From NCBI GenBank assembly GCA_963666735.1, contig OY762926.1:2688001-2752000 (forward strand): DNA of 64,000 nt, in the 5' to 3' direction. Below the pieces are notes generated by a model. That model did not search any database, was not told where the DNA came from, and saw only the letters and a list, made by a program, of their open reading frames with translations. This DNA is from Gemmatimonadota bacterium. GTDB lineage: Bacteria; Gemmatimonadota; Gemmatimonadetes; Palauibacterales; Palauibacteraceae. Position numbers and translations under genes: made by a program. Below, piece by piece: positions 39,589-48,724 of this stretch. Each line of letters opens with the position of its first letter. The stretch's first letter is position 1.

Positions 39589-41058
39589 TCACGGCGGCAG
39601 CGTTCTCCCCACCTTCAGCGCCAGATCGACGGCGGACTTCCTCCAGCCCGTCAGCGTCGATCTGCGGTAGGCGTCAGCGGTACGCTTCACCCCCTCGCTC
39701 ATCGTCGGATAGGGGTGAACCAGCGACCCGAGCGTCCCCAGCTTCACCCCCGCCTTCATGGCGAGCGAGATCTCCGCGATCATCGTCCCCGCGCCCGGGG
39801 CGAGGATATGTCCGCCCAGGATCCGGCCTCCCTTCCCGACGACGATCTTGACTCGGCCCATTGCGGCGCGCTCGGCGATGGCGCGGTCCAGGTTCCCGAT
39901 GTCGTAGGCGTGCGCGGACACCGCGGACCCGTGGCGATCCACGGCCTCGGCTTCAGTGAGCCCGACATGCGCGAGTTCGGGCTCCGTGTACGTGCACCAC
40001 GGGATCACGCCGTAATCGATGTTCGCGCGCACGGGGAAGAGCGCGTTCTGCACGACGGTGCGCGCTTCGTGGTCGGCGACGTGCGTGAACAGGAAGCCGC
40101 CGATGACATCGCCGGCGGCGAAGATGTGTTTCCGGGAGGTGCGCAGCTTCGAATCGACGGTGACCCAGCCTTTCGCGGTCTCCACGCCCGCCGCGTCGAG
40201 TCCCATGTCCTCCGTGTTCGGCGCGCGCCCCGCGGCGACCAGCACCTCGTCGACCTCGAACGTCTCGGGCGCGGCCGCCGGATGGTCGCCGACTGCGTCC
40301 CCGGCGGCGGCGATCGTCACGCGCCGCCGATCTCCCGCCCGGTCGACCCGCGTCACGACATGGCCGGTCCGGATCTCGATGCCCTCCCCGCGAAGCCTGC
40401 TCGTCAGCAACTCCGCAAGTTCGGGCTCTTCGCGCACCATGAGCCGGTCGAGCAACTCCACGACCGTGACCTCCGAGCCGAGGCGGCGGAAGGCCTGGGC
40501 GAGTTCGACGCCGATCGGCCCGCCCCCGACCACGGCGAGCGAGGCGGGAATCGTGTCGCGGTCGAAAGCCTCGGCGTGAGTGAGGTAACCCGCCTCCTCG
40601 AGCCCCGGGATCGGCGGCACCGCGGCCCGGGAGCCGGTGGCGACGACGAAACGGCGTGCACGGATGCGGCGGCCGTCCACCTCGACTTCGTGGGGCGAGA
40701 CGAAGCGCGCCGCTCCCTCGACCACATCGACGCCCATGGCGCGAAAACGCTCCGGATCGTCGTGCGGCTCGATCTCGGCCCGAGCGGCGCGGACGCTGGC
40801 GAGAACGTCCGGTCCCTCGATCGTCGGCTGGACGGGGCGCAGCCCGTGCGCGGCGGCGGCACGAAAATGATGCGCCACCCGGGCCGAGCTGATCAGGGCC
40901 TTGGAGGGCACGCATCCGGTCCAGAGGCAGTCGCCGCCCAGGCGGTCGCGCTCGATCAAGGCCACGCTCGCACCCAGCCCCGCGCTCCCCGCAGCCGTTA
41001 CGAGACCGGCGGTGCCCCCGCCGATGGCGACGATGTCCAACATCTGGTCTCGAGCCAC
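39589..41058 (-). CDS. Class I pyridine nucleotide-disulfide oxidoreductase (dihydrolipoamide dehydrogenase/MerA-like family)
   Basis: GGDCLWTGCVPSK, GGGPIG, HPYPT; no C-terminal Cys-Cys. Confidence 0.88.
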   Translation of the reverse strand: MARDQMLDIVAIGGGTAGLVTAAGSAGLGASVALIERDRLGGDCLWTGCVPSKALISSARVAHHFRAAAAHGLRPVQPTIEGPDVLASVRAARAEIEPHDDPERFRAMGVDVVEGAARFVSPHEVEVDGRRIRARRFVVATGSRAAVPPIPGLEEAGYLTHAEAFDRDTIPASLAVVGGGPIGVELAQAFRRLGSEVTVVELLDRLMVREEPELAELLTSRLRGEGIEIRTGHVVTRVDRAGDRRRVTIAAAGDAVGDHPAAAPETFEVDEVLVAAGRAPNTEDMGLDAAGVETAKGWVTVDSKLRTSRKHIFAAGDVIGGFLFTHVADHEARTVVQNALFPVRANIDYGVIPWCTYTEPELAHVGLTEAEAVDRHGSAVSAHAYDIGNLDRAIAERAAMGRVKIVVGKGGRILGGHILAPGAGTMIAEISLAMKAGVKLGTLGSLVHPYPTMSEGVKRTADAYRRSTLTGWRKSAVDLALKVGRTLPP

Positions 41059-41239
41059 GTTGCTACTCCCCGTAGAGGTTTCTCCGCGAACTCTCCCTCA
41101 CTGTACACCCGCTGTACACCCGCCGTGGCGAAACCGTGCCGAGCGTGGCCGATTTTCCTTGCCGGGCGTCCCGATTCACGCTTAGCTTCGCTTCGTGCAG
41201 AATCCTACACCCCAAGCTGCGGTGTCACGGTCGGGCTCA

Positions 41240-42442
41240 ATGAAAAGCCGCGTCCAGCCGCCTCCGATCCTTGACAAGTGTCGTGAACTAGCGACCGTGA
41301 ACGGTCTCCGCGAGGCCGGCCTCTATCCGTACTTCATGCCCATAGAGGCCTCGCACGACACCTGGGTCGTCATCGACGGCGCGCGCAAGATCATGGTGGG
41401 CTCCAACAACTACATGGGGCTCACGCACGATCCGCGCGTCCTCGAGGCGGCCCGTGACGCCCTCAACAAGTTCGGAAGCGGCAACACGGGCAGCCGGTTC
41501 CTCAACGGCAACCTCAATCTGCATGAGCAACTCGAGGCCGAACTCGCCGACTTCACCTGCATGGAGGCCGCGCTCGTATTCTCCACCGGCTACCAGACGA
41601 ATCTGGGTACGCTGGGCGCGTTGATCGGCCGCGCGGACACGGTCTACATCGACAAGCTGGACCATGCCAGCCTCCAGGACGGTGCACGCATGGGGCTCGG
41701 CCGCACCCGGCGCTTCAATCACAACGACTTCGCGACCCTGCGGCGCATGCTCGAGGCCGAGACGCCCTCGCGCGGCAAGCTCATCGCGGTGGACGGCGTG
41801 TACAGCATGGAAGGCGACATCGCCGATCTGCCCACCCTGGTCGAACTGAGGCGGGAGTACGGCGCGGCCATCCTGGTGGATGACGCGCACGCCGTGGGGG
41901 TGCTGGGCGAGACCGGGGCCGGGACCGCCGAGCACTGGGGACTCACCGGCCAGGTGGACCTGATCCTCGGCACCTTCTCCAAGTCCTTCGCCTCGATCGG
42001 TGGCTTCGTGGCGGGTCGCGCAGACGTCATCGACTACCTCCAGCACAACGCCCGCGCCCTCATGTTCAGCGCGAGCATGCCTCCCGCCTCCGCCGCCACC
42101 GTGCTGAAGGCGCTGGAGATCATCCGCGATGAGCCGGAGCGCCGGGAGCAGCTCTGGAAGAACACCTACAGGATGATGGAGGGCTTCAAGTCGATCGGGT
42201 TCGATATCGGGCCGACCGAGACCCCGATCATCCCCATCCTCATCGGACCCATGGAGAAGACCTTCGTGTTCTGGCGCGCGCTGTTCGAAGCCGGCGTCTT
42301 CACGAACCCGGTGGTTCCGCCCGCGGTTCCGGAAGGGAGTTGTCGCCTGCGGACGAGCTACATGGCGACGCACTCGGATGACGACCTCGATTTCGTGCTC
42401 GACCAGGTAGAGCGCGTGGGGAAGAAGCTCGGCGTCGTCTGA
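41240..42442 (+). CDS. spt: Serine palmitoyltransferase (alpha-oxoamine synthase family)
   Basis: SNNYMGL, GSRFLNG, DHAS, DDAH, PLP-lysine motif GTFSKS; neighbouring GNAT and SDR genes. Confidence 0.82.
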   Translation: MKSRVQPPPILDKCRELATVNGLREAGLYPYFMPIEASHDTWVVIDGARKIMVGSNNYMGLTHDPRVLEAARDALNKFGSGNTGSRFLNGNLNLHEQLEAELADFTCMEAALVFSTGYQTNLGTLGALIGRADTVYIDKLDHASLQDGARMGLGRTRRFNHNDFATLRRMLEAETPSRGKLIAVDGVYSMEGDIADLPTLVELRREYGAAILVDDAHAVGVLGETGAGTAEHWGLTGQVDLILGTFSKSFASIGGFVAGRADVIDYLQHNARALMFSASMPPASAATVLKALEIIRDEPERREQLWKNTYRMMEGFKSIGFDIGPTETPIIPILIGPMEKTFVFWRALFEAGVFTNPVVPPAVPEGSCRLRTSYMATHSDDDLDFVLDQVERVGKKLGVV

Positions 42443-42458
42443 ACCGGCGCCTCCCCCC

Positions 42459-43589
42459 ATGACGAGCCTCGCCTCCTCCGTGCGCGTCGTCCCCGTCGAA
42501 AGCCGCGCCGACCTCAAGCGCTTCATCGACCTGCCGTGGTCGATCTATCGGGGCGATCCCGACTGGGTGCCCCCGCTGAAGAGAGATGTACGGGCGGCCT
42601 TCGATCCCGCGAAACACCCGTTCCACCTGCACTCGGAGGTCCAGCCCTACCTCGCAGTGCGCGACGGCCGGGCAGTGGGCCGAATCTGCGCGATCCGGAA
42701 CCGGAATCATGAACGGATACACGACGAAGCCGTAGGGTTCTTCGGCTGGTTCGAGTGCATCGACGACCCGGAAGTGGCCGTGGCGCTGCTCGACGTGGTT
42801 CGGGTTTGGCTCCGCGCGCGCGGCCTCACCGCGATGCGCGGCCCCACGAGCTTCTCGACCAACGAGACCTGTGGCCTGCTCATCGACGGAGATCCCGGGC
42901 CGCCGGTCGTCCTGATGGCCTACAACCCGCCGTACTATCCGGGGCTGATGGAGGCTGCCGGACTGCGGAAGGTCAAGGATCTCTTCGCCTGGCTCATGAA
43001 GAAGGGCGATTGGCCGCCGCACCTGTTCCGCGCCGAGAAGGTCGTGACGCGCAGGTACGGCATCCGGATCAAGACGCTGGACATGTCGCGATTCGACGAA
43101 GAACTCGGCCGCGTCCAGCGCCTGTACAACGCGGCCTGGGAGAAGAACTGGGGTTTCGTCCCCATGACCGAGGCCGAGATGGATCACATGGCGGCGGAAC
43201 TCAAGCCCATACTCGACCCCGAACTCGCGCTCTTCGCGGAGACGCCGGAGGGCGAAACCGCCGGCTTCGCGCTCGCCCTCCCGGACTTCAACCAGGTGCT
43301 GCGCCGGATGAACGGCAGGCTCTTCCCCTTCGGAATCCTGAAGGCGCTCATCTACCGGCGCAGAATCACGTGCATGCGCGTCATCATCCTGGGGCTCGCC
43401 GAGGAATGGCGCGGCAAGGCCGTCGATGTCCTCCTCTACCTGTGGCTGTTCAGGAAGGGAATCGCCGCCGGAATGACGTCCGCCGAGCAGTCGTGGATCC
43501 TCGAGGACAACCAGAAGATGAACCAGGCCATCGAGCGGCTCGGCGGCAGGGTCTACCGCACCTACCGGCTGTACGAAGCGGCCCTGTAG
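42459..43589 (+). CDS. Tandem-GNAT N-acyltransferase, putative bacterial ceramide synthase (bCerS-like)
   Basis: WVPPL, GFFGWFE, RGPTSFSTN...GLL, YNPPYY, NWGFVP, SWILEDN; directly after spt. Confidence 0.78.
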   Translation: MTSLASSVRVVPVESRADLKRFIDLPWSIYRGDPDWVPPLKRDVRAAFDPAKHPFHLHSEVQPYLAVRDGRAVGRICAIRNRNHERIHDEAVGFFGWFECIDDPEVAVALLDVVRVWLRARGLTAMRGPTSFSTNETCGLLIDGDPGPPVVLMAYNPPYYPGLMEAAGLRKVKDLFAWLMKKGDWPPHLFRAEKVVTRRYGIRIKTLDMSRFDEELGRVQRLYNAAWEKNWGFVPMTEAEMDHMAAELKPILDPELALFAETPEGETAGFALALPDFNQVLRRMNGRLFPFGILKALIYRRRITCMRVIILGLAEEWRGKAVDVLLYLWLFRKGIAAGMTSAEQSWILEDNQKMNQAIERLGGRVYRTYRLYEAAL

Positions 43590-44542
43590 TGGGATCGGTC
43601 TTCCTGACGGGGGGGAGCGGGTTCCTCGGCAGCCATCTCGCCGCCGCACTCGTCGCCGCCGGACATCAGGTCACCGCGAGCGTGCGGCGAACGAGCGACA
43701 CGCGTCGTCTCGATCGCCTCGAACTGACGAAGGTCGAACTCGATCTCGGGCTGAGGGACGACGCGGCAGCGGCAGCGGCACTCGCGGATTGCGCCGCCAT
43801 CGTGCACTGCGGGGCGCTCACGCGGGCGCGCAACGCGTCGGAGTTCATGGCCGTGAACGCGGTCGGCACCCTGAGGCTCGCCAGGGCGGCGGCGGATGCG
43901 GGAGTCCCGCGGTTCGTGTTCATCAGCAGCCTCGCCGCCCGGGGCCCGGACGGAGCGGACGGACCCGTGAGCCCGTACGGCCGGTCGAAAGCCGAGGCCG
44001 AGGCCGCGCTCGCGTCCATCCGCGGGCCGATGAAGGTGACCGTGCTCCGGCCGGGGGGCGTGTACGGCCCGCGCGACTCCGACCTGCTGCCGCTCTTTCG
44101 GCTGGCGGCGCGGGGGTGGACCGCGATTCCGCGCAGCCGCGCGCCGCTGCAGCCGGTATATGTCGCCGATGTCGTCTCGGCCGTCCTGGCCGCCCTCGAG
44201 GCGGCGCCGTCTCCGTCTCCGCTTCCCATCGCCGCGGCGGAACGGCATTCCTGGCGCGCGCTGGCGGGAGCGCTGATGGCTGCCGTGAACCGCACCGGTC
44301 GCGTCCTGCGGCTACCGTCCGCCCTCTTTCTCACCGCGGGGGCGCTGTCGGAACTCGCGGGCCGCCTGACGGGAACCGCCCCCGCCTTCGACCGGAGACG
44401 GGCGCGGGATCTGTCCGCGTACGCCTGGACCTGCGACATCGAGGCGAGCCGAAGACATCTCGACTCGTGGCATCCGCGGGTCGGCATCGAAGAGGGGCTC
44501 GCGCGCACCGCCGAGTCGTATCGCCGCATGGGCTGGCTGTGA
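43589..44542 (+). CDS. NAD-dependent epimerase/dehydratase-family SDR, putative ceramide reductase (CerR-like)
   Basis: TGGSGFLG, ISSLAA, YGRSK, RPGGVYGP; start overlaps the GNAT stop. Confidence 0.78.
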   Translation: MGSVFLTGGSGFLGSHLAAALVAAGHQVTASVRRTSDTRRLDRLELTKVELDLGLRDDAAAAAALADCAAIVHCGALTRARNASEFMAVNAVGTLRLARAAADAGVPRFVFISSLAARGPDGADGPVSPYGRSKAEAEAALASIRGPMKVTVLRPGGVYGPRDSDLLPLFRLAARGWTAIPRSRAPLQPVYVADVVSAVLAALEAAPSPSPLPIAAAERHSWRALAGALMAAVNRTGRVLRLPSALFLTAGALSELAGRLTGTAPAFDRRRARDLSAYAWTCDIEASRRHLDSWHPRVGIEEGLARTAESYRRMGWL

Positions 44543-45426
44543 GCGACGGCGGCAGCGGACGACTCCTGCCCGTCGATCGCCTTGCCATCGGCTACTTCGG
44601 TGGCACGGGCCTCGTTTCCCTCGCGTTCGGCGGCCTGCCCGGGGCGGGAATCGCAGCGGCCCACGCGATCGCCATCTTCGGGATCACGCGACTTGCGGCC
44701 TGGCGCCCCCGCGCAGGCCTCGCAGTCATCGCGCGGGCGGCGTACGCCGTGTGCCTCACACCCCTGCTGTATGCGGAGCTCGCCGTCATCAACCGCTTCT
44801 TCACGCAACGGTACTTCGACGCCACGGTGCAGGCGTGGGACGCCGCCGTGTTCGGCGGACAGCCCAGCATCGGCCTCAGCGCGCTGTTCCCCTGGCTCTC
44901 CTTCTCCGAGGTGTTGCACCTGGGCTACTTCGCCTACTACGCCATCATCCCCGCCGCCATCCTGGGCGTGTTCGCGACACGCGGCGCCGAGGCCCTGCAG
45001 CGCACCGCCCTCGCCGTGGCCGCCGCCTTCTTCGTCTCCTATCTCATCTTCATGTTCTTCCCGGTCGCCGGCCCCCGGTACGAGTTTGCCCAGATCGGCG
45101 GCGGGATCGGCGAGGGCACGCTGTTCGGGATCGTGCACGGGATCCTGGAGGCCGGCTCGTCGAAGGGCACGGCCTTCCCCAGCTCCCACATCGCCGCCTC
45201 CCTGGCGGCGGTCGTGAGCGCCGGACGCGAGGATCGGCGCTGGTTCTGGCTCCTCATCATCCCGGAACTCGCGTTGACCGCCGGGACGGTGTACGGTCGC
45301 TTCCATTACGCGACCGACGCCCTCGCGGGCATCCTGCTCGGACTGCTGGTCTGCGCCGTACTGCATGCGTCCGGATCCGGGGCCGGGGGCGCCCGGGAAG
45401 CCGAGGGCGGGCAACCCGCGGCCTGA
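44539..45426 (+). CDS. PAP2-superfamily membrane phosphotransferase/phosphatase (AUR1/IPC-synthase-like)
   Basis: FPVAGPRY, AFPSSH, GRFHYATD; multiple TMs; GTGA overlap with the SDR gene. Confidence 0.8.
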   Translation: MSDGGSGRLLPVDRLAIGYFGGTGLVSLAFGGLPGAGIAAAHAIAIFGITRLAAWRPRAGLAVIARAAYAVCLTPLLYAELAVINRFFTQRYFDATVQAWDAAVFGGQPSIGLSALFPWLSFSEVLHLGYFAYYAIIPAAILGVFATRGAEALQRTALAVAAAFFVSYLIFMFFPVAGPRYEFAQIGGGIGEGTLFGIVHGILEAGSSKGTAFPSSHIAASLAAVVSAGREDRRWFWLLIIPELALTAGTVYGRFHYATDALAGILLGLLVCAVLHASGSGAGGAREAEGGQPAA

Positions 45427-45475
45427 GCCGCGCATCAAAGCGGTGGATTCGGAAGGTGACCTTCAGAGGGATGAC

Positions 45476-46033
45476 GTGGACGAACGCGACCTGATCGCCT
45501 GCGCCAAAGCGGGAGAGCGATCCGCGATGGGGGAGTTGTACGAACTCCACGCGCGGCGCGTCTACACCGTGATCCGCCGCCTCGTGGGCGACGATCACCT
45601 CGCAGAGGATCTGTCCCAGGAAGCCTGGATCCGTGCGTTCGAGAAGCTCCACCTTTTTCGCGGGGACGCGGCCTTCGGCACGTGGCTCTACCGGTTGGCG
45701 ACGAACGTGGCGCTCAACCGGCTTCGCAGGTCGTCGAAGCGACGGCCCGTGGAGTCCGCCGCCGAGCTTCCCCGCGTGACGCGGGCGCACGACGACGTGA
45801 TCGTGACCCGGCGGGTCCTGACCAAGGCGCTGGACCAGCTGCCGCCGGGGTACCGGAAGGTCCTCGTGCTGCACGACGTGGAAGGCTGGACGCACAACGA
45901 CATCGCCGAGTTTCTGGGTTGTTCGCCCGGCACGTCGAAGTCGCAGTTGCACAAGGCGCGGGCGCGCATGCGGAAGCTCATCGCTCCGGAAGATTCCGGG
46001 AACGGCGGTGCGCGGGGCGAAGCGCGCCTGTGA
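45476..46033 (+). CDS. ECF sigma-70 factor
   Basis: AEDLSQEAW, FGTWLYRLATN, LVLHDVEG, GTSKSQLHKAR. Confidence 0.93.
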   Translation: MDERDLIACAKAGERSAMGELYELHARRVYTVIRRLVGDDHLAEDLSQEAWIRAFEKLHLFRGDAAFGTWLYRLATNVALNRLRRSSKRRPVESAAELPRVTRAHDDVIVTRRVLTKALDQLPPGYRKVLVLHDVEGWTHNDIAEFLGCSPGTSKSQLHKARARMRKLIAPEDSGNGGARGEARL

Positions 46034-46067
46034 GAGGGATGGAAGAGGGATAGAAGGGATAGAAGAA

Positions 46068-46763
46068 ATGGCGAACCACATGGATGCCGAGCGAATCTCG
46101 GCACTGCTCGACGAGCCGTGGGCCGACCAGGACTGCCGGGCCCACCTCGATGCGTGCGGGGATTGCCACGCGGAGTTCGAGAGATTGAGCCGGCTGCGCA
46201 TGGCGTTGTCCGCACTCCCGGATGAGAAGGCGCCGAGCGGGCAGTGGGCCGGGATCGAGGCCGCGCTCGATGCGGGTGAGACGCGGGCCGGCACCGGCTG
46301 GATCGGCCGAGGCGTCGCCGGCCGTCTCTTCGTCCCGGGACCGCTCCAGGCCGCCGCCGCCCTCGTGTTGTTTGCCGGCGGCGTGATCGCCGGCCTGCAG
46401 TTCACCGGCGGCGGCGTCGCGAACTCGCCGGATCCGGCCTCGGATCCTCCAGCCGTCGTTTCCACCGATGATGGTCGCACCCTCGTGGACGGTCTCAGCC
46501 GGATGGAATCGCTGCGGTCGCCGCTCAGACAGGTGGGAGAGGGGGGGACGGGTCCCGCGTCGGAAGGCGGGTTGGGGGAGAGAGATCCCCTGGCGGCGGC
46601 ACAGAGATTGGCGAGGCTGGAGGGATCGATCCGGGCACTGCGGGACCGCCTCGAGACGAATCCCGACGATCTGCTCGCCAGCGCCTACTTGCTGGAATTC
46701 GTGGAGACGCGCGATCGACTCGCGGAGGAACTCGGCCGCGCAAGCGGGACGCGGACCTGGTGA
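46068..46763 (+). CDS. Putative zinc-binding membrane anti-sigma factor
   Basis: H...HLDACGDC (HxxxCxxC), one TM, follows the sigma factor. Confidence 0.8.
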   Translation: MANHMDAERISALLDEPWADQDCRAHLDACGDCHAEFERLSRLRMALSALPDEKAPSGQWAGIEAALDAGETRAGTGWIGRGVAGRLFVPGPLQAAAALVLFAGGVIAGLQFTGGGVANSPDPASDPPAVVSTDDGRTLVDGLSRMESLRSPLRQVGEGGTGPASEGGLGERDPLAAAQRLARLEGSIRALRDRLETNPDDLLASAYLLEFVETRDRLAEELGRASGTRTW

Positions 46764-47881
46764 CCATGCCTCTCTCGCGGTCCCCGCGCCCGCTCGCCGC
46801 GGCTCTCGCCGCGGGCGTCCTGTCGCTCACGCCCCTTTCCGGTGCGGCACAGGAGACCCCGGCGGCCGCCGCTCCCGGCTGGATCGGGGTGCGGGTCGAC
46901 GAGCGCTACAACTGCGGCTGGGAGACACCGGAAGATTGGAAGAACTGCACGCTCGTCGTCCAGGTTCGTGAGATTCAGGAAGACGGGCCGGCGGCGCGTG
47001 CGGGGCTCCTCGTCGGCGACCGACTGGCGGCGATGAACGGCGTGGGCATCTCCCTCGCCAACCTTTCCGAGCTGCTTGCATCGATCCGCCCGAGCGTCCC
47101 GGTACGATTGCAGGTCACACGAGACGGGGCTGACCGCACGCTGGAAGTCATTCCCGACACCCGGCCCCCGGATGCGGACGACGTACCGATGGAGGGCCGT
47201 CGGACGATCGTGACCACGACCGGGAACCGGCGGCGCGGCACGTTCGTCTTGTGGCTGACGGCCTCCGCCGGGCGCGACTCCACCGAGCGCGGCCGCGCCG
47301 GCGTCGCCCTCGCCTTCCGCGATACGGATGACACCGGCGTCGCCGTCGAGCCCTCCGCCGTGCGGGTCGTGGACGGCCGACTCAACGTGCTGCCCGTTCG
47401 CGACCGACCGGTCTCGGAGTTGCCGGCGGTCCGTGTGGAAATACTCCGTGATCTGCAGCGCGAGTCGGAATCGGCCTACCGGGACTTCACGCTGGCGCTC
47501 CAGCACGTCGGGGCTGTGCGGGCGCGCCTCTCGGCGACGGAGTTCCGGCGCCGCGTGGCGCGTGCCGCTCAGGTGGCGCGGCCGGAGCCCGGTCTCGCCG
47601 CCCGCCTCCACCGTACGTTCGCGGGGGCCGAGTTCGAGCCCGTGCGCAACTTTTCCGACCGTGTCGGTATGGATGGTCTCCTCGTGCTCAGGGTCGCGCG
47701 GGGGACGGTCACCGCCCGGCTCGGGATCAGGCCGGGAGATCTCCTCGTGAGAGCCGCCGACCGTCCGACACGGGACCTGGAGGAACTCGTCACCGCGCTC
47801 GATTCGGAACCCGGATCGGGCCCGAGCGTGGTGTGGGTCCGGGGAGGTCGCGAGATGAGCGCAGTCTGGCCCCGACGCTGA
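46760..47881 (+). CDS. Secreted double-PDZ-domain protein
   Basis: Signal peptide; GWIGV...GPAARAGLLVGD; ARLGIRPGDLLV; no protease domain seen. Confidence 0.75.
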   Translation: MTMPLSRSPRPLAAALAAGVLSLTPLSGAAQETPAAAAPGWIGVRVDERYNCGWETPEDWKNCTLVVQVREIQEDGPAARAGLLVGDRLAAMNGVGISLANLSELLASIRPSVPVRLQVTRDGADRTLEVIPDTRPPDADDVPMEGRRTIVTTTGNRRRGTFVLWLTASAGRDSTERGRAGVALAFRDTDDTGVAVEPSAVRVVDGRLNVLPVRDRPVSELPAVRVEILRDLQRESESAYRDFTLALQHVGAVRARLSATEFRRRVARAAQVARPEPGLAARLHRTFAGAEFEPVRNFSDRVGMDGLLVLRVARGTVTARLGIRPGDLLVRAADRPTRDLEELVTALDSEPGSGPSVVWVRGGREMSAVWPRR

Positions 47882-47966
47882 CAGCGTTGGCGTGCTGGTC
47901 ATTGGCGCCTGGCCACGGATGGCTTTCTGCATGGCTCGAACGCGTCCGCGAGAGTCGACGGGGATT

Positions 47967-48385
47967 ATGCGAAAAGGGCCAGTGCGCCTCCGACTCGACG
48001 CGCTGGCCGTCATCGGGGCCTTCCTCATCGGAATCGGGCCGGGCACGGCCGTTCAGCCCTGTCCGAAGCATCGGGCGGCGCACGGCGACGAGCCGGAGCC
48101 CCGGACTGCCACACTCCATGAGACGCATGCGGAGGCCGCCCCCGCACACAGCCCGCGCGGGGCACGCCCACGCCGATGGCGCCAGCGAGAACCCGCATCC
48201 GCACTCGGGCGGACCGTGTGACTGTCTCGGCACCTGCCTGACCTGCTGTGGTCCGGCGCTCGTGGCCTCCTCCCCGCGCGCCGCCCAGATCACCTCTGCA
48301 GGCTACGCATCGCGCGGGACGCGGCCCTACCTCCGGCCCGCCCCGGACCCGGCTGCCTACCTCAGACCGTTCGGCCAACAGTGCC
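47967..48385 (+). pseudogene. Frameshifted His/Cys-rich exported protein (DUF2946-like)
   Basis: Signal peptide, PCPKH and His-rich stretch, then in another frame CDCLGTCLTCC and YLRPF(AN). Confidence 0.5.
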
Positions 48386-48724
48386 ATGGACCACATCACG
48401 CGCGCGGGCGGGTCGTTCACGACCGAGTCAGCCGGCATGGGTGACGGCCGGGGTTCGGCTGGTCGCCACCCGGACCGGTAACATCGACGGGAGAGATGCC
48501 GCGCCCAGCGTGAACCCGCAACTGGTGCCCACGGCCCGCACCGGCCTCCGCGCCGGCACCGTGGTCGAAGGAGGGCTGAGCCTCAACCTCTACATCCCCC
48601 GGGCCAAGGCCTTTAGGGTCGCCGGCGAGGTGCTCCTGCCCCTCGTGCGCGACCTCGACGGTCCCAACTCGAGACCGATCCGACCTTCGTGCTCGGCCTG
48701 CGGGTCGTACCAGTAAGCCATTAG
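48386..48724 (+). pseudogene. Remnant of an outer-membrane transporter-like gene
   Basis: Fragments MDHITRAGGSFTTESAGMGD and GNIDGRD...LPLVRDLDGP(QLETD)...VLGLRV in changing frames; no N-terminus. Confidence 0.45.

Noticed and set aside
39589..41058. Mercuric reductase merA
   Set aside because: No C-terminal Cys-Cys pair, no N-terminal metal-binding domain and no mer genes nearby.
41240..42442. bioF or kbl
   Set aside because: GTFSKS motif and GNAT/SDR neighbours favour SPT; no bio or tdh genes adjacent. Not formally excluded without a phylogeny.
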